A stretch of 64,000 nt of DNA from Acidobacteriota bacterium. GTDB taxonomy: Bacteria > Acidobacteriota > CAIWXX01. The stretch lies in the NCBI GenBank assembly GCA_040755995.1, contig JBFMAF010000020.1, positions 1 to 64,000 on the forward strand, written 5' to 3'. The translations under genes and the position numbers were made by a program. The notes under the pieces are model-generated. The model saw nothing but the letters and a program-made list of their open reading frames with translations. It ran no database searches and was not told the DNA's origin. Positions 19,801 through 29,515 of this stretch are shown piece by piece (position 1 is the stretch's first letter; the number at the start of each line of letters is the position of its first letter).

Positions 19801-22458
19801 ATGGTTCTTTGTTCCAACTGCAAGTCTCAGAATGCGCCTGGAAGCAATGTCTGCGCGAAATGTGGTGCCGCTCTTCCTGAAGAGATAACGTCAGCCACCG
19901 CGGGGACGCCGATTCTGGTGGTACGCTGGCCAGGCGGGAAAACCGAGGAGCACGCCCTGGTCAAGGCATCCACGCGGGTGGGGCGTGGACTGAACAACGA
20001 GATCGTGCTCGACTTCCCCACCGTCTCCGGCAACCACCTCGAGCTGCAGCGCAGCGCCGGGCAGCTCCTCGTGGTCGACCTCGGCAGCACCAACGGCACG
20101 CAGCTCAACGGCTACCTCATCACCCCAAAGGTTCCTTACACGCTGCTGACAGGCGACGTGCTCCGCGTCGGCGACTTCACCGGAAACTCGGTGAGCATGG
20201 GACTGAAGCCCCCGGTCGAAGAAGCAGGGTGGGTGCGTGAGGTCGGCAGCCAGGACCTGTCGGACTTCCCGCGCGTCATCATCGGCCGCGATCCGGATAC
20301 CCAGCTCCATCTGGAGCATGCCACCGTATCGAGGAGGCACGCGGAGATCGTGCGGCAAGACAGTGGCCACGCCATCCTCGACCTCGGCAGCGCCAACGGT
20401 ACGTTCGTCAACGGCCGGCGCGTGAGCGGCTCGCGAATGCTCGCCGTAGGCGACGTGATCCAGATCGGGCCCTTCCGCTTCACTTACGACGGACGGCTCG
20501 AGCGACTCACCACGGTCGTCAGCCGCGGTCACCGGCTGGACGCCGTGGGAGTCGGCGTGCAGGTCGCGGACGGAAGAATGATCCTCAGGGACGTTTCGCT
20601 GTCCATCGCGGGCGGCGAGTTCGTGGCGCTGGTTGGGGGCAGCGGAGCCGGCAAGTCGACCCTGCTGAAGGCGATGAACGGCTACAATCCCGCCAGCCAC
20701 GGCCGCATGCTGATCGACGGCAAGAACCTCTACGAGAACCTCGACGCCTACCGCAACCTGATGGGATTCGTCCCGCAGGACGATATTATCCACAAGGAGC
20801 TCCCCGTCCGCCGCGCGCTCTGGCACGCCGCCAGATTGAGACTGCCTGACGCCAGCGGAGACGAGATCCGCAAGCGAGTCGACGAGGTCCTCGCCACACT
20901 TGAACTGACGGAACACGCCGACAAGCCCGTCCGAGTCCTGAGCGGCGGGCAGAGGAAGCGCGTGAGCATCGCCGTGGAACTGCTCGCGCAGCCCGTTCTG
21001 CTGTTCCTCGACGAGCCCACATCCGGGCTCGATCCCGGCCTCGAGAAGAAGATGATGTACGACCTGAACCGGCTCGCGGACCAGGGACGCACAGTGGTGC
21101 TCGTGACCCACGCCACGGGCAACATCGAGCAGTGCCACCACGTGGCATTCCTGGCCGAGGGCCGGCTGGCCTACTACGGGCCTCCACGCGACGCGATCTC
21201 GTTCTTCCTGGCACGCGATTTCTCGGACATCTACCTGAAGCTGTCCAAGGAGAACGAGCCCGAGAGAGCCCGGCTGCTGCCTCCCGGCGGTCCCACGGAC
21301 TCGCCTGATGGCAGGCTGCACGCGCCGGGGCAAGCCGGAGCCACGCCCAGAGGGCCGTCATTGTCTCCGGCCGAGGTCTGGGCCGATCACTACCAGCACT
21401 CCGACCTCTACAAGGAGTACGTCGGCATCAGCCAGTCGCACATCGCCGCCGCGGCGCAGGCACCGGCGGAGCCCGCGCCCAAGCCGGTCGGGCGTGCCCG
21501 TGACTCCGTCCTCCGCCAGATCTGGGTGCTCGCGCGGCGCCAGTTCGACCTGATCCGGCATGACTGGCGCACCCTCTTCGTCCTATTGGCCATGATGCCG
21601 ATCATCGCAGGCATGTTCGCGGCCGTGAGCGGGCCGAGCGACCTCGTGGGCACTCAGCTGAACGCCTCCGAGATTGACGAGGAGCTCAAGGCCGATGTCA
21701 AGGGCGCAGCGGTCGGGGAGACGGCGGAGTTCGTGCCTGCGCCGACCGCCATCAAGCTCATCACGATGCTCTGCCTCGCACTCACGCAGGCAGGCACATT
21801 CGGTGCCGCGTACGAGATAGTGAAGGAGCGCGCGATATTCAAGCGCGAGCGCGCGGTGAATCTGCGTGTGCTGTCGTACCTGTCGTCGAAGGTGATGGTG
21901 CTGGGAGCTTTCGCAGTGCTGCAGGTCGCATGCGCACTGGTCATACTCGGGCTTCGTGTCGATTTCAGCTTCAGCCCGATCCTCGACGCATTGCCCAACG
22001 CGAGCTTCGAGCTCTTCGTAACGCTGCTCCTGGCGGTGCTCGCGAGCATCGCCTTCGGCCTGTTCATCTCGGCGGTGGTGCCCACGGCCGACATCGTCCT
22101 GTACGTGATCCTGATCCAGCTCTTCGTCCAGATCATCCTGGCCGGCACGCTGTTCCCACTGCCTGACAACCCGGCCTCCAGGCTGATGATCTCGCGGTGG
22201 AGCATCGATGCGGTCGGCGCGACGGTGGGCATACGCGAGCTCAACGACCAGAGCCGCGTATGCAGAGTGATCGAGGTTCCGGAGACGAAGGAGACGATCA
22301 CAAACTGCAGCGCCGCTGCCATCAGCGAGAAGGACCTGTCTCTGCCGTACACGCACACGCGCGAGCACCTGCTGACGTGCTGGGGAGCGCTCCTGGCTCA
22401 GGCGCTCGCCTGGGGTCTTCTCACGATGATCGTACAGGCTCGCAAGAAGATCGATTGA
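19801..22458 (+). CDS. Zinc-ribbon + FHA + FHA + ABC ATPase + ABC-2 permease (Rv1747-like)
   Basis: CSNC...CAKC; VGR...VSGNH...DLGSTNGT; IGR...VSRRHA...DLGSANGT; GGSGAGKS, LSGGQ, LDEPTSGLD; C-terminal TMs. Confidence 0.93.
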   Translation: MVLCSNCKSQNAPGSNVCAKCGAALPEEITSATAGTPILVVRWPGGKTEEHALVKASTRVGRGLNNEIVLDFPTVSGNHLELQRSAGQLLVVDLGSTNGTQLNGYLITPKVPYTLLTGDVLRVGDFTGNSVSMGLKPPVEEAGWVREVGSQDLSDFPRVIIGRDPDTQLHLEHATVSRRHAEIVRQDSGHAILDLGSANGTFVNGRRVSGSRMLAVGDVIQIGPFRFTYDGRLERLTTVVSRGHRLDAVGVGVQVADGRMILRDVSLSIAGGEFVALVGGSGAGKSTLLKAMNGYNPASHGRMLIDGKNLYENLDAYRNLMGFVPQDDIIHKELPVRRALWHAARLRLPDASGDEIRKRVDEVLATLELTEHADKPVRVLSGGQRKRVSIAVELLAQPVLLFLDEPTSGLDPGLEKKMMYDLNRLADQGRTVVLVTHATGNIEQCHHVAFLAEGRLAYYGPPRDAISFFLARDFSDIYLKLSKENEPERARLLPPGGPTDSPDGRLHAPGQAGATPRGPSLSPAEVWADHYQHSDLYKEYVGISQSHIAAAAQAPAEPAPKPVGRARDSVLRQIWVLARRQFDLIRHDWRTLFVLLAMMPIIAGMFAAVSGPSDLVGTQLNASEIDEELKADVKGAAVGETAEFVPAPTAIKLITMLCLALTQAGTFGAAYEIVKERAIFKRERAVNLRVLSYLSSKVMVLGAFAVLQVACALVILGLRVDFSFSPILDALPNASFELFVTLLLAVLASIAFGLFISAVVPTADIVLYVILIQLFVQIILAGTLFPLPDNPASRLMISRWSIDAVGATVGIRELNDQSRVCRVIEVPETKETITNCSAAAISEKDLSLPYTHTREHLLTCWGALLAQALAWGLLTMIVQARKKID

Positions 22459-22549
22459 TATTGGCGGCGGTACGGCGCCGCCCCACGGTGGTCGCGATGG
22501 GAGCGGCGAGCGTCGTGTAATACGGCAGCGGTCGCGGCCGCCTCTCACA

Positions 22550-22569
22550 GGGCGACGCGTGCGTCGCCC
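22550..22569. terminator. GC-rich hairpin between convergent genes (possible terminator)
   Basis: GGGCGACG-cgtg-CGTCGCCC; no clear U-tract. Confidence 0.35.
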
Positions 22570-23397
22570 CTATGAACGCGTCGACAGGTTCAGGTCCAGC
22601 ATGTTGGTCTTCGGCTGGTACTCGGTGACGATCGTTCTCTTCACGGCCGCCACCTTCTCGACCACGGCCCGGATCCGATTCACGCTATTCTCGATCGACA
22701 CCAGCCGTTTTCTCAGGGTCTCCTGGTCTGCGGGCAGGTTGAGCCCCATGAGTTGGAGGTCGAGGACAATGGCGGTGAGAGGATTGTTGATCTCGTGGTT
22801 GATGGACGCTGCCATGGCGCCCAGCGCCGCCAGCTTTTCGGCTTCGATCAGCTGCCTCTGCGCGCGGATGACCTCTTCATGCGACCGGAGTATCTCCTCG
22901 GATGCCCGTGTCTGGTCTATCGCCACCGCTGTGCATCGGGCGATGAGCTCGAGGCCGGCCACGTCACCGGCCGTGATCGGCCTGCGCGACCCCGCGTCGT
23001 CCGCCGTCAGTGATCCGACGGTGACATCACGCACCACGATCGGTACCTTCACGAATGGGCCGTCGTACACGGTCTTCAACTTGGACCCGGCGTACGCGGG
23101 ATCTGCGGCGGGATCGATCACAACTGTGCGCTTCGCGTCGATCACATCCGTAATCCAGGGATTTATCGTGCCGTCGATCTCCCACGCCTGAGTCCGAAAG
23201 CCATCGTCCTCGCTCCCCAGCGAGTACTTCGCCTCTTCGAGCTTCCTCTCGCGATCGACGAGGCAGATCGCGATTCGAGGAAACCCTGTGAGCTCCTGCG
23301 CGGCCACCAGGATTCTACGGAACAGATCGTCCGGCTTCAGGCCGGCGGTCAACGCTGCCAGGATCGTGGATAGCGCGTCGGTATCGTCGCTCACCAT
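22570..23397 (-). CDS. GAF + HisKA phospho-acceptor protein lacking an HATPase domain
   Basis: GAF-like region (VPIVVRDVTVGSL), coiled coil, H-box ASINHEINNPL, stop about 60 aa later; no N/G1/F/G2 boxes. Confidence 0.85.
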   Translation of the reverse strand: MVSDDTDALSTILAALTAGLKPDDLFRRILVAAQELTGFPRIAICLVDRERKLEEAKYSLGSEDDGFRTQAWEIDGTINPWITDVIDAKRTVVIDPAADPAYAGSKLKTVYDGPFVKVPIVVRDVTVGSLTADDAGSRRPITAGDVAGLELIARCTAVAIDQTRASEEILRSHEEVIRAQRQLIEAEKLAALGAMAASINHEINNPLTAIVLDLQLMGLNLPADQETLRKRLVSIENSVNRIRAVVEKVAAVKRTIVTEYQPKTNMLDLNLSTRS

Positions 23398-23447
23398 CGC
23401 CCCCTATGTTGACTGCCCCTACGACTGATTGCCCCGGTGCTTCACTC

Positions 23448-23476
23448 AATCTGGCACACCATCGAGCCGGTGTCAA
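23448..23476 (-). promoter_or_regulatory. Putative sigma-70 promoter for the GAF-HisKA gene
   Basis: Minus strand TTGACA-N17-CAGATT with a TG extended -10. Confidence 0.55.
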
Positions 23477-23659
23477 ATAGGGCCGTCGGTCTTGTGACCG
23501 GTCGTCCCGTCCGGGTGGCGACCTGCTGGATGGAATCGGGTGACGCCGGACCCTCAACGCCCGCGTTGTGTTATGATGCCGCATGCGCCTGAGGCATGGT
23601 TACTGCTAGGAGCCACGCCACACGGGCGGGAATCATGATCAACTGAAGCGGAGGTACTC

Positions 23660-25309
23660 ATGGTCGACATCATACGAGCCCCTAGAGGCACCAAGCTGAC
23701 ATGCCGCGGCTGGCAGCAGGAGGCCGCCATGCGCATGCTCATGAACAACCTGGACCCGGAAGTTGGTGAGAAGCCGGAAGAGCTGATCGTATACGGCGGC
23801 AAGGGCAAGGCCGCTCGCAACTGGGACTGCTATCACAAGATCATCGAAAGCCTGAAGCGTCTCAAGGACAACGAGACGCTGCTGATTCAATCGGGCAAGC
23901 CCGTGGGCGTGTTTCGGACACACCGGGATGCACCGCGCGTGCTCATCTCCAATGCTATGCTCGTGCCGGCCTGGGCTACGTGGGATGAGTTCCGGCGCCT
24001 GGAGGCGCTGGGACTGACGATGTTCGGCCAGATGACCGCGGGTAGCTGGATCTACATCGGCACGCAGGGCATTCTGCAGGGCACTTACGAAACCCTGGCA
24101 GCCGTCGCCCGCAAGAACTTCGGCGGTTCGCTCAAGGGGAAGCTGACGCTCACAGCGGGGCTCGGGGGCATGGGCGGAGCCCAGCCGCTGGCCGTGACGA
24201 TGAACGAAGGAGTGGCGATCTGCGTCGAAGTCGACCGCCAGCGTATCGAGAAACGCCTCAAGACGGGCTACTGCGACATCATGTGCGAGAATCTGGACGA
24301 CGCGTTGGAGAAGGCGTGGGCGGCGAAGAGCAAGGGCGACGCGCTGTCGATCGGCCTGCACGCCAATGCCGCCGACGTGGTGCCCGAGTTCGTCCGGCGG
24401 AACATCGTCCCCGACGTTCTGACCGACCAGACATCCGCTCACGATGCGCTCAACGGCTATGTCCCCAACGGCATGCTCTTCGACGACGCGATGCGGCTGC
24501 GCGCGGAGAACCCGGCGGAGTACGTGAGACGCTCGATGATCGCAATGGCCGAGCACTGCCGTGCGATGCTCGAACTGAAGCACCGCGGCGCCGTCACCTT
24601 CGATTACGGAAACAACCTCCGGGGGCAGGCGCGAGAGGGCGGCGTCAAGGACGCCTTCGAGATCCCCGGATTCGTCCCCGAGTACATCAGGCCGCTGTTC
24701 TGCGAGGGGAAGGGGCCGTTCCGGTGGGCCGCGCTATCGGGCAACCCGCGGGATATCTATGTAACCGACAACGCAGTGCTGAAGGAGTTCCCCGAGGACG
24801 AGGCGCTTGCGCGCTGGATAAAGCTTGCCCGCGAGCGTATCAAGTTCCAGGGGCTGCCGGCCCGCATCTGCTGGCTCGGATACGGCGAACGGGCGCGCTT
24901 CGGATGCATCATCAACGACCTGGTGCGCAAAGGCAAGATCTCCGCGCCGATCGTGATCGGTCGCGACCACCTCGACGCCGGCTCGGTTGCATCCCCCAAT
25001 CGCGAGACAGAAGCGATGCGAGACGGGTCCGATGCGATCGCGGACTGGCCGATACTAAACGCGTTGCTGAATGCCGTCGCGGGTGCGACGTGGGTATCGG
25101 TGCATCACGGCGGCGGTGTGGGCATAGGCCAGTCGATTCACGCGGGAATGGTCGTGGTGGCCGACGGGACGAAGAGGGCCGCCAAGAGACTCCAGCGCGT
25201 CCTCACGACCGACCCGGGCACCGGGGTCGCGCGGCACGTGGATGCCGGCTACACCGAGGCGATCGAAGCCGCCAAGGCGCGAGGCGTCAAGATTCCGTTT
25301 CTAGAGTAG
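23660..25309 (+). CDS. hutU: Urocanate hydratase
   Basis: [63 protein letters not shown]. Confidence 0.98.
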   Translation: MVDIIRAPRGTKLTCRGWQQEAAMRMLMNNLDPEVGEKPEELIVYGGKGKAARNWDCYHKIIESLKRLKDNETLLIQSGKPVGVFRTHRDAPRVLISNAMLVPAWATWDEFRRLEALGLTMFGQMTAGSWIYIGTQGILQGTYETLAAVARKNFGGSLKGKLTLTAGLGGMGGAQPLAVTMNEGVAICVEVDRQRIEKRLKTGYCDIMCENLDDALEKAWAAKSKGDALSIGLHANAADVVPEFVRRNIVPDVLTDQTSAHDALNGYVPNGMLFDDAMRLRAENPAEYVRRSMIAMAEHCRAMLELKHRGAVTFDYGNNLRGQAREGGVKDAFEIPGFVPEYIRPLFCEGKGPFRWAALSGNPRDIYVTDNAVLKEFPEDEALARWIKLARERIKFQGLPARICWLGYGERARFGCIINDLVRKGKISAPIVIGRDHLDAGSVASPNRETEAMRDGSDAIADWPILNALLNAVAGATWVSVHHGGGVGIGQSIHAGMVVVADGTKRAAKRLQRVLTTDPGTGVARHVDAGYTEAIEAAKARGVKIPFLE

Positions 25310-26335
25310 CGACGGGCCTCCCTCGGCCCGTTCGGTGCGAAGCGCCCACTCTCTGCTCTGCTGGCGGGGCTTGGTCGCCGCTATGAGCTGTGATCTCTCG
25401 TCGAGATTCTTCAGCTGGATATCGACGAGGCCGAGCTGGTGGAGCCAATCCGAGACCTCGGGGAAGCTGTACGTGCGGCCGGCCCGCGTGTTCACGAGCA
25501 TGTTCACGGCGAAGATCGCGGCGTGCGGCGGTCGCGTGTGTGTCGGGTCGATGAGGAAATCGCGAATCGCGAGCTGCCCGCCGGGCTCGATTGCGTCCCT
25601 CGCGCGGGCGAGCAGCCGGAGGTTCTCGACCTCATCGAAGCTGTGGATGATCGACGAGACGAGGACGAGGTCGTAGCCCGAACCCAGGTCGTCCTCGAAG
25701 AAGTCGCCCTCCTTCAGAGTGACGCGCTCTGAGAGCCCGGCTTCGTCGACGGCCACGCGCGCCACGTCGAGCGCATGCGGGAGATCGAGCACAACGGCAG
25801 TCAACCCCGGCTGCCTTCTGGCCATCGCTATTGAGAATGTCCCAGGGCCGCCGCCAAGGTCGAGGACGCGCCGAGCCCGGCTCAGGTCCAGCGTCGCGGC
25901 CAGCTTCTCGGCAATACCCTTGGATCCATGCTCCATGGCCTGTATGAACGCCCTTTGCTCAGCGTCGCTCCACGACGCCTCCTGCGCCCTGCCTCCCCGA
26001 ACCACCTCGGTCAGCCGGTCCCAGCTCTTCCAGAGATTGGCCATGTGGCGGAGCGCCCCTCCGCGGTACTGAGCGCTTCGCGAGGACAGATACTCCAGGC
26101 TCTCCGGAGTGTTGCGGTATTCGCCGCCGTCCTTGAGAAGGATGCCGAGCGAAACCAGCGCATCGGCGAGTCTTTCCATGCCTCTTGCGTCCGCCTTCAG
26201 CGCATTGCCGAGAGCGCGGGCGTTCATTCGCACGTCGCCGAGCACTCCGAACAGATCCAGCTCAACTGCCGTCAACACGATCCGTGACGCCATGAACCCG
26301 CGGGCAAGGGCCTCGATTTCAGGTATGGTAGGCAT
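25301..26335 (-). CDS. SAM-dependent O-methyltransferase with N-terminal dimerisation domain
   Basis: [33 protein letters not shown]. Confidence 0.9.
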   Translation of the reverse strand: MPTIPEIEALARGFMASRIVLTAVELDLFGVLGDVRMNARALGNALKADARGMERLADALVSLGILLKDGGEYRNTPESLEYLSSRSAQYRGGALRHMANLWKSWDRLTEVVRGGRAQEASWSDAEQRAFIQAMEHGSKGIAEKLAATLDLSRARRVLDLGGGPGTFSIAMARRQPGLTAVVLDLPHALDVARVAVDEAGLSERVTLKEGDFFEDDLGSGYDLVLVSSIIHSFDEVENLRLLARARDAIEPGGQLAIRDFLIDPTHTRPPHAAIFAVNMLVNTRAGRTYSFPEVSDWLHQLGLVDIQLKNLDERSQLIAATKPRQQSREWALRTERAEGGPSLL

Positions 26336-26431
26336 TGTGCGTTACTCCTCTGCGGCCGAGTCAATCCATCGGTGGTGGCTTTCGTGCCAACGACCTCAAT
26401 GGTATCATGACGCGGGCTAGCAGGAGACGAT

Positions 26432-27595
26432 ATGAACTACTTTCTTACGGAACAGCAGCAACTCATCAGGGACATGTGCCACCGGATCGGGGTGGAGAAG
26501 ATCAAGCCGGTCCGATCCAAGTACGACGAAACCGGCGCTTTCCCATGGGACATCGTGAGAATCCTCGCGGAAAGCGATGTGTTCGGGGTCTATCTCCCCG
26601 AGGAATACGACGGGCTCGGCGGCGGGATCATGGAGATGGCCATCGCGACCGAGGAGCTCTCACGCTACTGCGGCGGCATCGCCCTGGCCTTCTCTGCCAC
26701 TGGACTCGGGTCCTACCCGATCCTGTTGTTCGGGAATGAGGAGCAGAAACGGAAGTACCTCCCGCCCATCGCGAAAGGGGAGAAGCTGGCCGCGTTCGCG
26801 CTGACCGAGGCTGACGCCGGGAGCGACGCCGGCGGCATCAAGTGCTCCGCCCGGCGCGACGGCGACGACTACGTGCTCAACGGCACCAAGCAATGGATCA
26901 CGAATGGCGGGGAGGCCGAGGTGTACACCGTCGTCGCCATGACGGACAAGACCAAGGGCGGCCGTGGAGCCAGCGCGTTCATTCTGGAGAAGGGGACGCC
27001 GGGGTTCACCTTCGGGAAGAAGGAGAACAAGATGGGGATTCGCGCGTCGGCGACGCGCGAGCTCGTGTTCGAGGACTGCAGGGTGCACCGCGACCAGATA
27101 CTGGGCCGCGAGGGGATGGGTTTCATGGTGGCCATGAAGACCTTCGACAGGACCCGCCCGGGTGTCGCCGCGCAGGCAGTGGGCATCGCACAGGGCGCCC
27201 TGGACGAGGCCGTGGCGTATGCGCGCGTTCGACACCAGTTCGGCAAGCCGATTGCCGCCTTCCAGGGGATTCAGTTCATGCTGGCCGACATGGCGATGAA
27301 GATCGAAGCCGCGCGTGCGATGGTCTACGCCACGGCGCGCATGATCGATGCGGGCGAAGCCGACATCTCGAAAGAGAGTGCGATGTGCAAGGCGTTTGCG
27401 TCCGACGTGGCAATGGAAGTGACCACCAATGCCGTGCAGGTATTCGGCGGGTATGGATACATGAAAGAGTATCCCGTAGAGAAGATGATGCGGGATGCCA
27501 AGATCACGCAGATCTACGAGGGCACGAATCAGATACAGCGCCTGGTGATCGCCGGTGAGCTGGTGCGAGAGGCCGCCCGTCGAAAGACGACGTAG
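26432..27595 (+). CDS. Acyl-CoA dehydrogenase (short-chain/butyryl-CoA type)
   Basis: FALTEADAGSDA, NGTKQWITNG, KMGIRAS, RHQFGKPI, QVFGGYGY, KITQIYEGTNQIQR. Confidence 0.96.
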   Translation: MNYFLTEQQQLIRDMCHRIGVEKIKPVRSKYDETGAFPWDIVRILAESDVFGVYLPEEYDGLGGGIMEMAIATEELSRYCGGIALAFSATGLGSYPILLFGNEEQKRKYLPPIAKGEKLAAFALTEADAGSDAGGIKCSARRDGDDYVLNGTKQWITNGGEAEVYTVVAMTDKTKGGRGASAFILEKGTPGFTFGKKENKMGIRASATRELVFEDCRVHRDQILGREGMGFMVAMKTFDRTRPGVAAQAVGIAQGALDEAVAYARVRHQFGKPIAAFQGIQFMLADMAMKIEAARAMVYATARMIDAGEADISKESAMCKAFASDVAMEVTTNAVQVFGGYGYMKEYPVEKMMRDAKITQIYEGTNQIQRLVIAGELVREAARRKTT

Positions 27596-27626
27596 CGCCG
27601 GCGCCGGAGGCGGGGGTGAGCCGAGG

Positions 27627-28580
27627 ATGAGAACGCGGAAGCTCGGTGCAACCGACCTCGAGCTGACCGTAGTCGGTTTCGGGACCTGGGCGCTCGGGGG
27701 AGGCGGCTGGGCTTTCGGCTGGGGGCCGCAGGACGACCGTGTGTCGACCGAGGCGATACATGCCGCGCTCGAAGGCGGCATCAACTGGATCGACACTGCG
27801 CCCGTGTACGGTCTCGGACACGCGGAGGAGGTCGTTGGAACAGCGTTGAAGAACCGGCGCCCGAGGCCGATCATTGCCACCAAGTGCGGGCTCGTGTGGG
27901 ATGACAGGCGCAAGATCCGAGGATGCCTCCGAGCGACGAGCGTTCGGGCGGAGGCCGAGGCCAGCTTGAGGCGGCTGCGTGTCGATGTCATCGACCTCTA
28001 CCAGATCCACTGGCCGAATCCGGATGGCGAGATCGAAGAAGGGTGGGCGGCCATCGCCGATCTGATCAGGGAGGGCAAGATACGGTATGCCGGCGTCTCG
28101 AACTTCAGCGTGGATCAGGTGAGACGCGCGCAACGGATCATGCCGATCGCGTCGCTCCAACCGCCGTACAGCCTGCTGCAGCGGGATATCGAGAGAGAGG
28201 TCCTTGGATTCTGTGCGGAGTACAATATCGGCGTCGTCGCATATAGCCCTATTCAGAAGGGGCTGCTTTCCGGGACGTTCACAAGGGAGCGGGCGATGAG
28301 CCTCCCGCAGGACGACCACCGCCGCAAGGACCCGATGTTTCTCGATCCGCAGCTCAGCGCGAACCTCGCACTTGTGGAGCGATTGAGGGAGGTGGCAGAA
28401 AGGCGCGGCGTCACGGTTGCGCAGCTGGCGATCGCATGGGTTCTGCGCAGGCCGGAGGTCACGGCGGCGATTGTCGGCGGCCGGTCGCCCGCGCAGGTCG
28501 CCGCGACGCTGCGGTCTGCGGATCTGCTGCTGGCGCGGGAAGATGTCGAGACGATCGACGCGCTGCTCGCAGGTCGGTAG
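27627..28580 (+). CDS. Aldo/keto reductase
   Basis: GFGTW, WIDTAPVYG, ATKCG, IDLYQIHWP, GVSNF, YSPIQKG; GAGG SD before ATG 27627. Confidence 0.94.
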   Translation: MRTRKLGATDLELTVVGFGTWALGGGGWAFGWGPQDDRVSTEAIHAALEGGINWIDTAPVYGLGHAEEVVGTALKNRRPRPIIATKCGLVWDDRRKIRGCLRATSVRAEAEASLRRLRVDVIDLYQIHWPNPDGEIEEGWAAIADLIREGKIRYAGVSNFSVDQVRRAQRIMPIASLQPPYSLLQRDIEREVLGFCAEYNIGVVAYSPIQKGLLSGTFTRERAMSLPQDDHRRKDPMFLDPQLSANLALVERLREVAERRGVTVAQLAIAWVLRRPEVTAAIVGGRSPAQVAATLRSADLLLAREDVETIDALLAGR

Positions 28581-28623
28581 GCGAACCTGGCACCGGCGGG
28601 ACTTCGACGGACCCCGCTGGATT

Positions 28624-29316
28624 TCAGTCGCCAGGCTTGAAACGCTTGGAGTGCTCCAGCTCCATGGCAACCAGGCGGCCGATCATGACGACCGGGAATA
28701 GCTGGCCCACGAGCGCCTCGATCATCGAGAGGGAGCGGGCGATCGGGTGGAGCGGGGTTATGTCGCCATAGCCGGTGGTCGTCAGAGTCACGATGCTGAA
28801 GTACATCAACCTCGGCACAGAGGGGCCGCGGCCTGTCGCCCCGAAGTTGAATGCCGCCGGAAGCACGATGTCGAGCAGGACGTAGGCGCTGGTCCAGACG
28901 AAGCCGATGAGCAAGTACACGACGATCGCGCCTTGGACGCGGTGAATGGTGATGCGCCCCTCGCGAAAGACCTGCGTAACGACCACCGCAGCCAGGATCG
29001 ACAGGGCCAGCATGGAGAGCACCGCGTCGGCTATCTGGAGAGGTTGGGCACCGATGACATGGTGCATCCAGCGCGTGAGGAGGGTTGTCACAGCGATCAG
29101 GGCAACCACCCACACGATCATGCGCCGCCTGGCCACCGCCCAGACGCCAGAGATCAGTACCAGCGTGAATGAGACGTCGAGCACCCATCGGCGGCTCTCC
29201 ACCTCGGCCGCGGGGTAGGCGACGAAAACGCCCAGGGTCAGGAAGAGCAACAGAAACGAGAGGCTGCTATCGCTCTCCCAGAAACGCACGACCCACGGTT
29301 TCTTCCTGTGTGTCAT
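28624..29316 (-). CDS. Potassium channel family protein (Ion_trans_2)
   Basis: Several TMs; selectivity-filter motif YFSIVTLTTTGYGDITP. Confidence 0.9.
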   Translation of the reverse strand: MTHRKKPWVVRFWESDSSLSFLLLFLTLGVFVAYPAAEVESRRWVLDVSFTLVLISGVWAVARRRMIVWVVALIAVTTLLTRWMHHVIGAQPLQIADAVLSMLALSILAAVVVTQVFREGRITIHRVQGAIVVYLLIGFVWTSAYVLLDIVLPAAFNFGATGRGPSVPRLMYFSIVTLTTTGYGDITPLHPIARSLSMIEALVGQLFPVVMIGRLVAMELEHSKRFKPGD

Positions 29317-29375
29317 GTGACGCCTCCTGCCTGGATGTGACCGAGGCCCTCTCGTCGCACGGATGGGATACTGGT

Positions 29376-29455
29376 CCCCGCGTCCCCACGTCTCCGCGTC
29401 TCCATTCCTCCGTTTCCCCGTTTCTCCCCTTCTCCGTGCCGCCGCGTCTCCGCGT
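29376..29455. repeat. Octamer tandem repeat, 10 units (consensus C(C/T)CCGCGT)
   Basis: ccccgcgt ccccacgt ctccgcgt ctccattc ctccgttt ccccgttt ctcccctt ctccgtgc cgccgcgt ctccgcgt. Confidence 0.8.
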
Positions 29456-29515
29456 CGGCTGCGATGCCCATTTTCAGCATCCTCCCCCCTCGCGCTCGCA
29501 CATCGCAGCGGCCCT

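Noticed and set aside
19891..21333. Long antisense or alternate-frame ORFs (e.g. 19891-21333, 10947-12260, 12550-13827, 26660-27991, 5177-6484, 39178-40314)
   Set aside because: They shadow well-supported genes in high-GC DNA and contain no recognisable motifs.
23451..23470. TGGCAC as a sigma-54 -24 box (also at ~30858)
   Set aside because: No TTGC/GC at the required -12 spacing; the first site fits a minus-strand sigma-70 promoter better.
23660..25309. hutU without hutH, hutI or hutG nearby
   Set aside because: Scattered hut genes are common; the rest may lie outside the window.
25301..25335. 3' overlap of hutU and the methyltransferase gene with a small hairpin
   Set aside because: A 9-nt overlap of convergent genes is common and implies no function.
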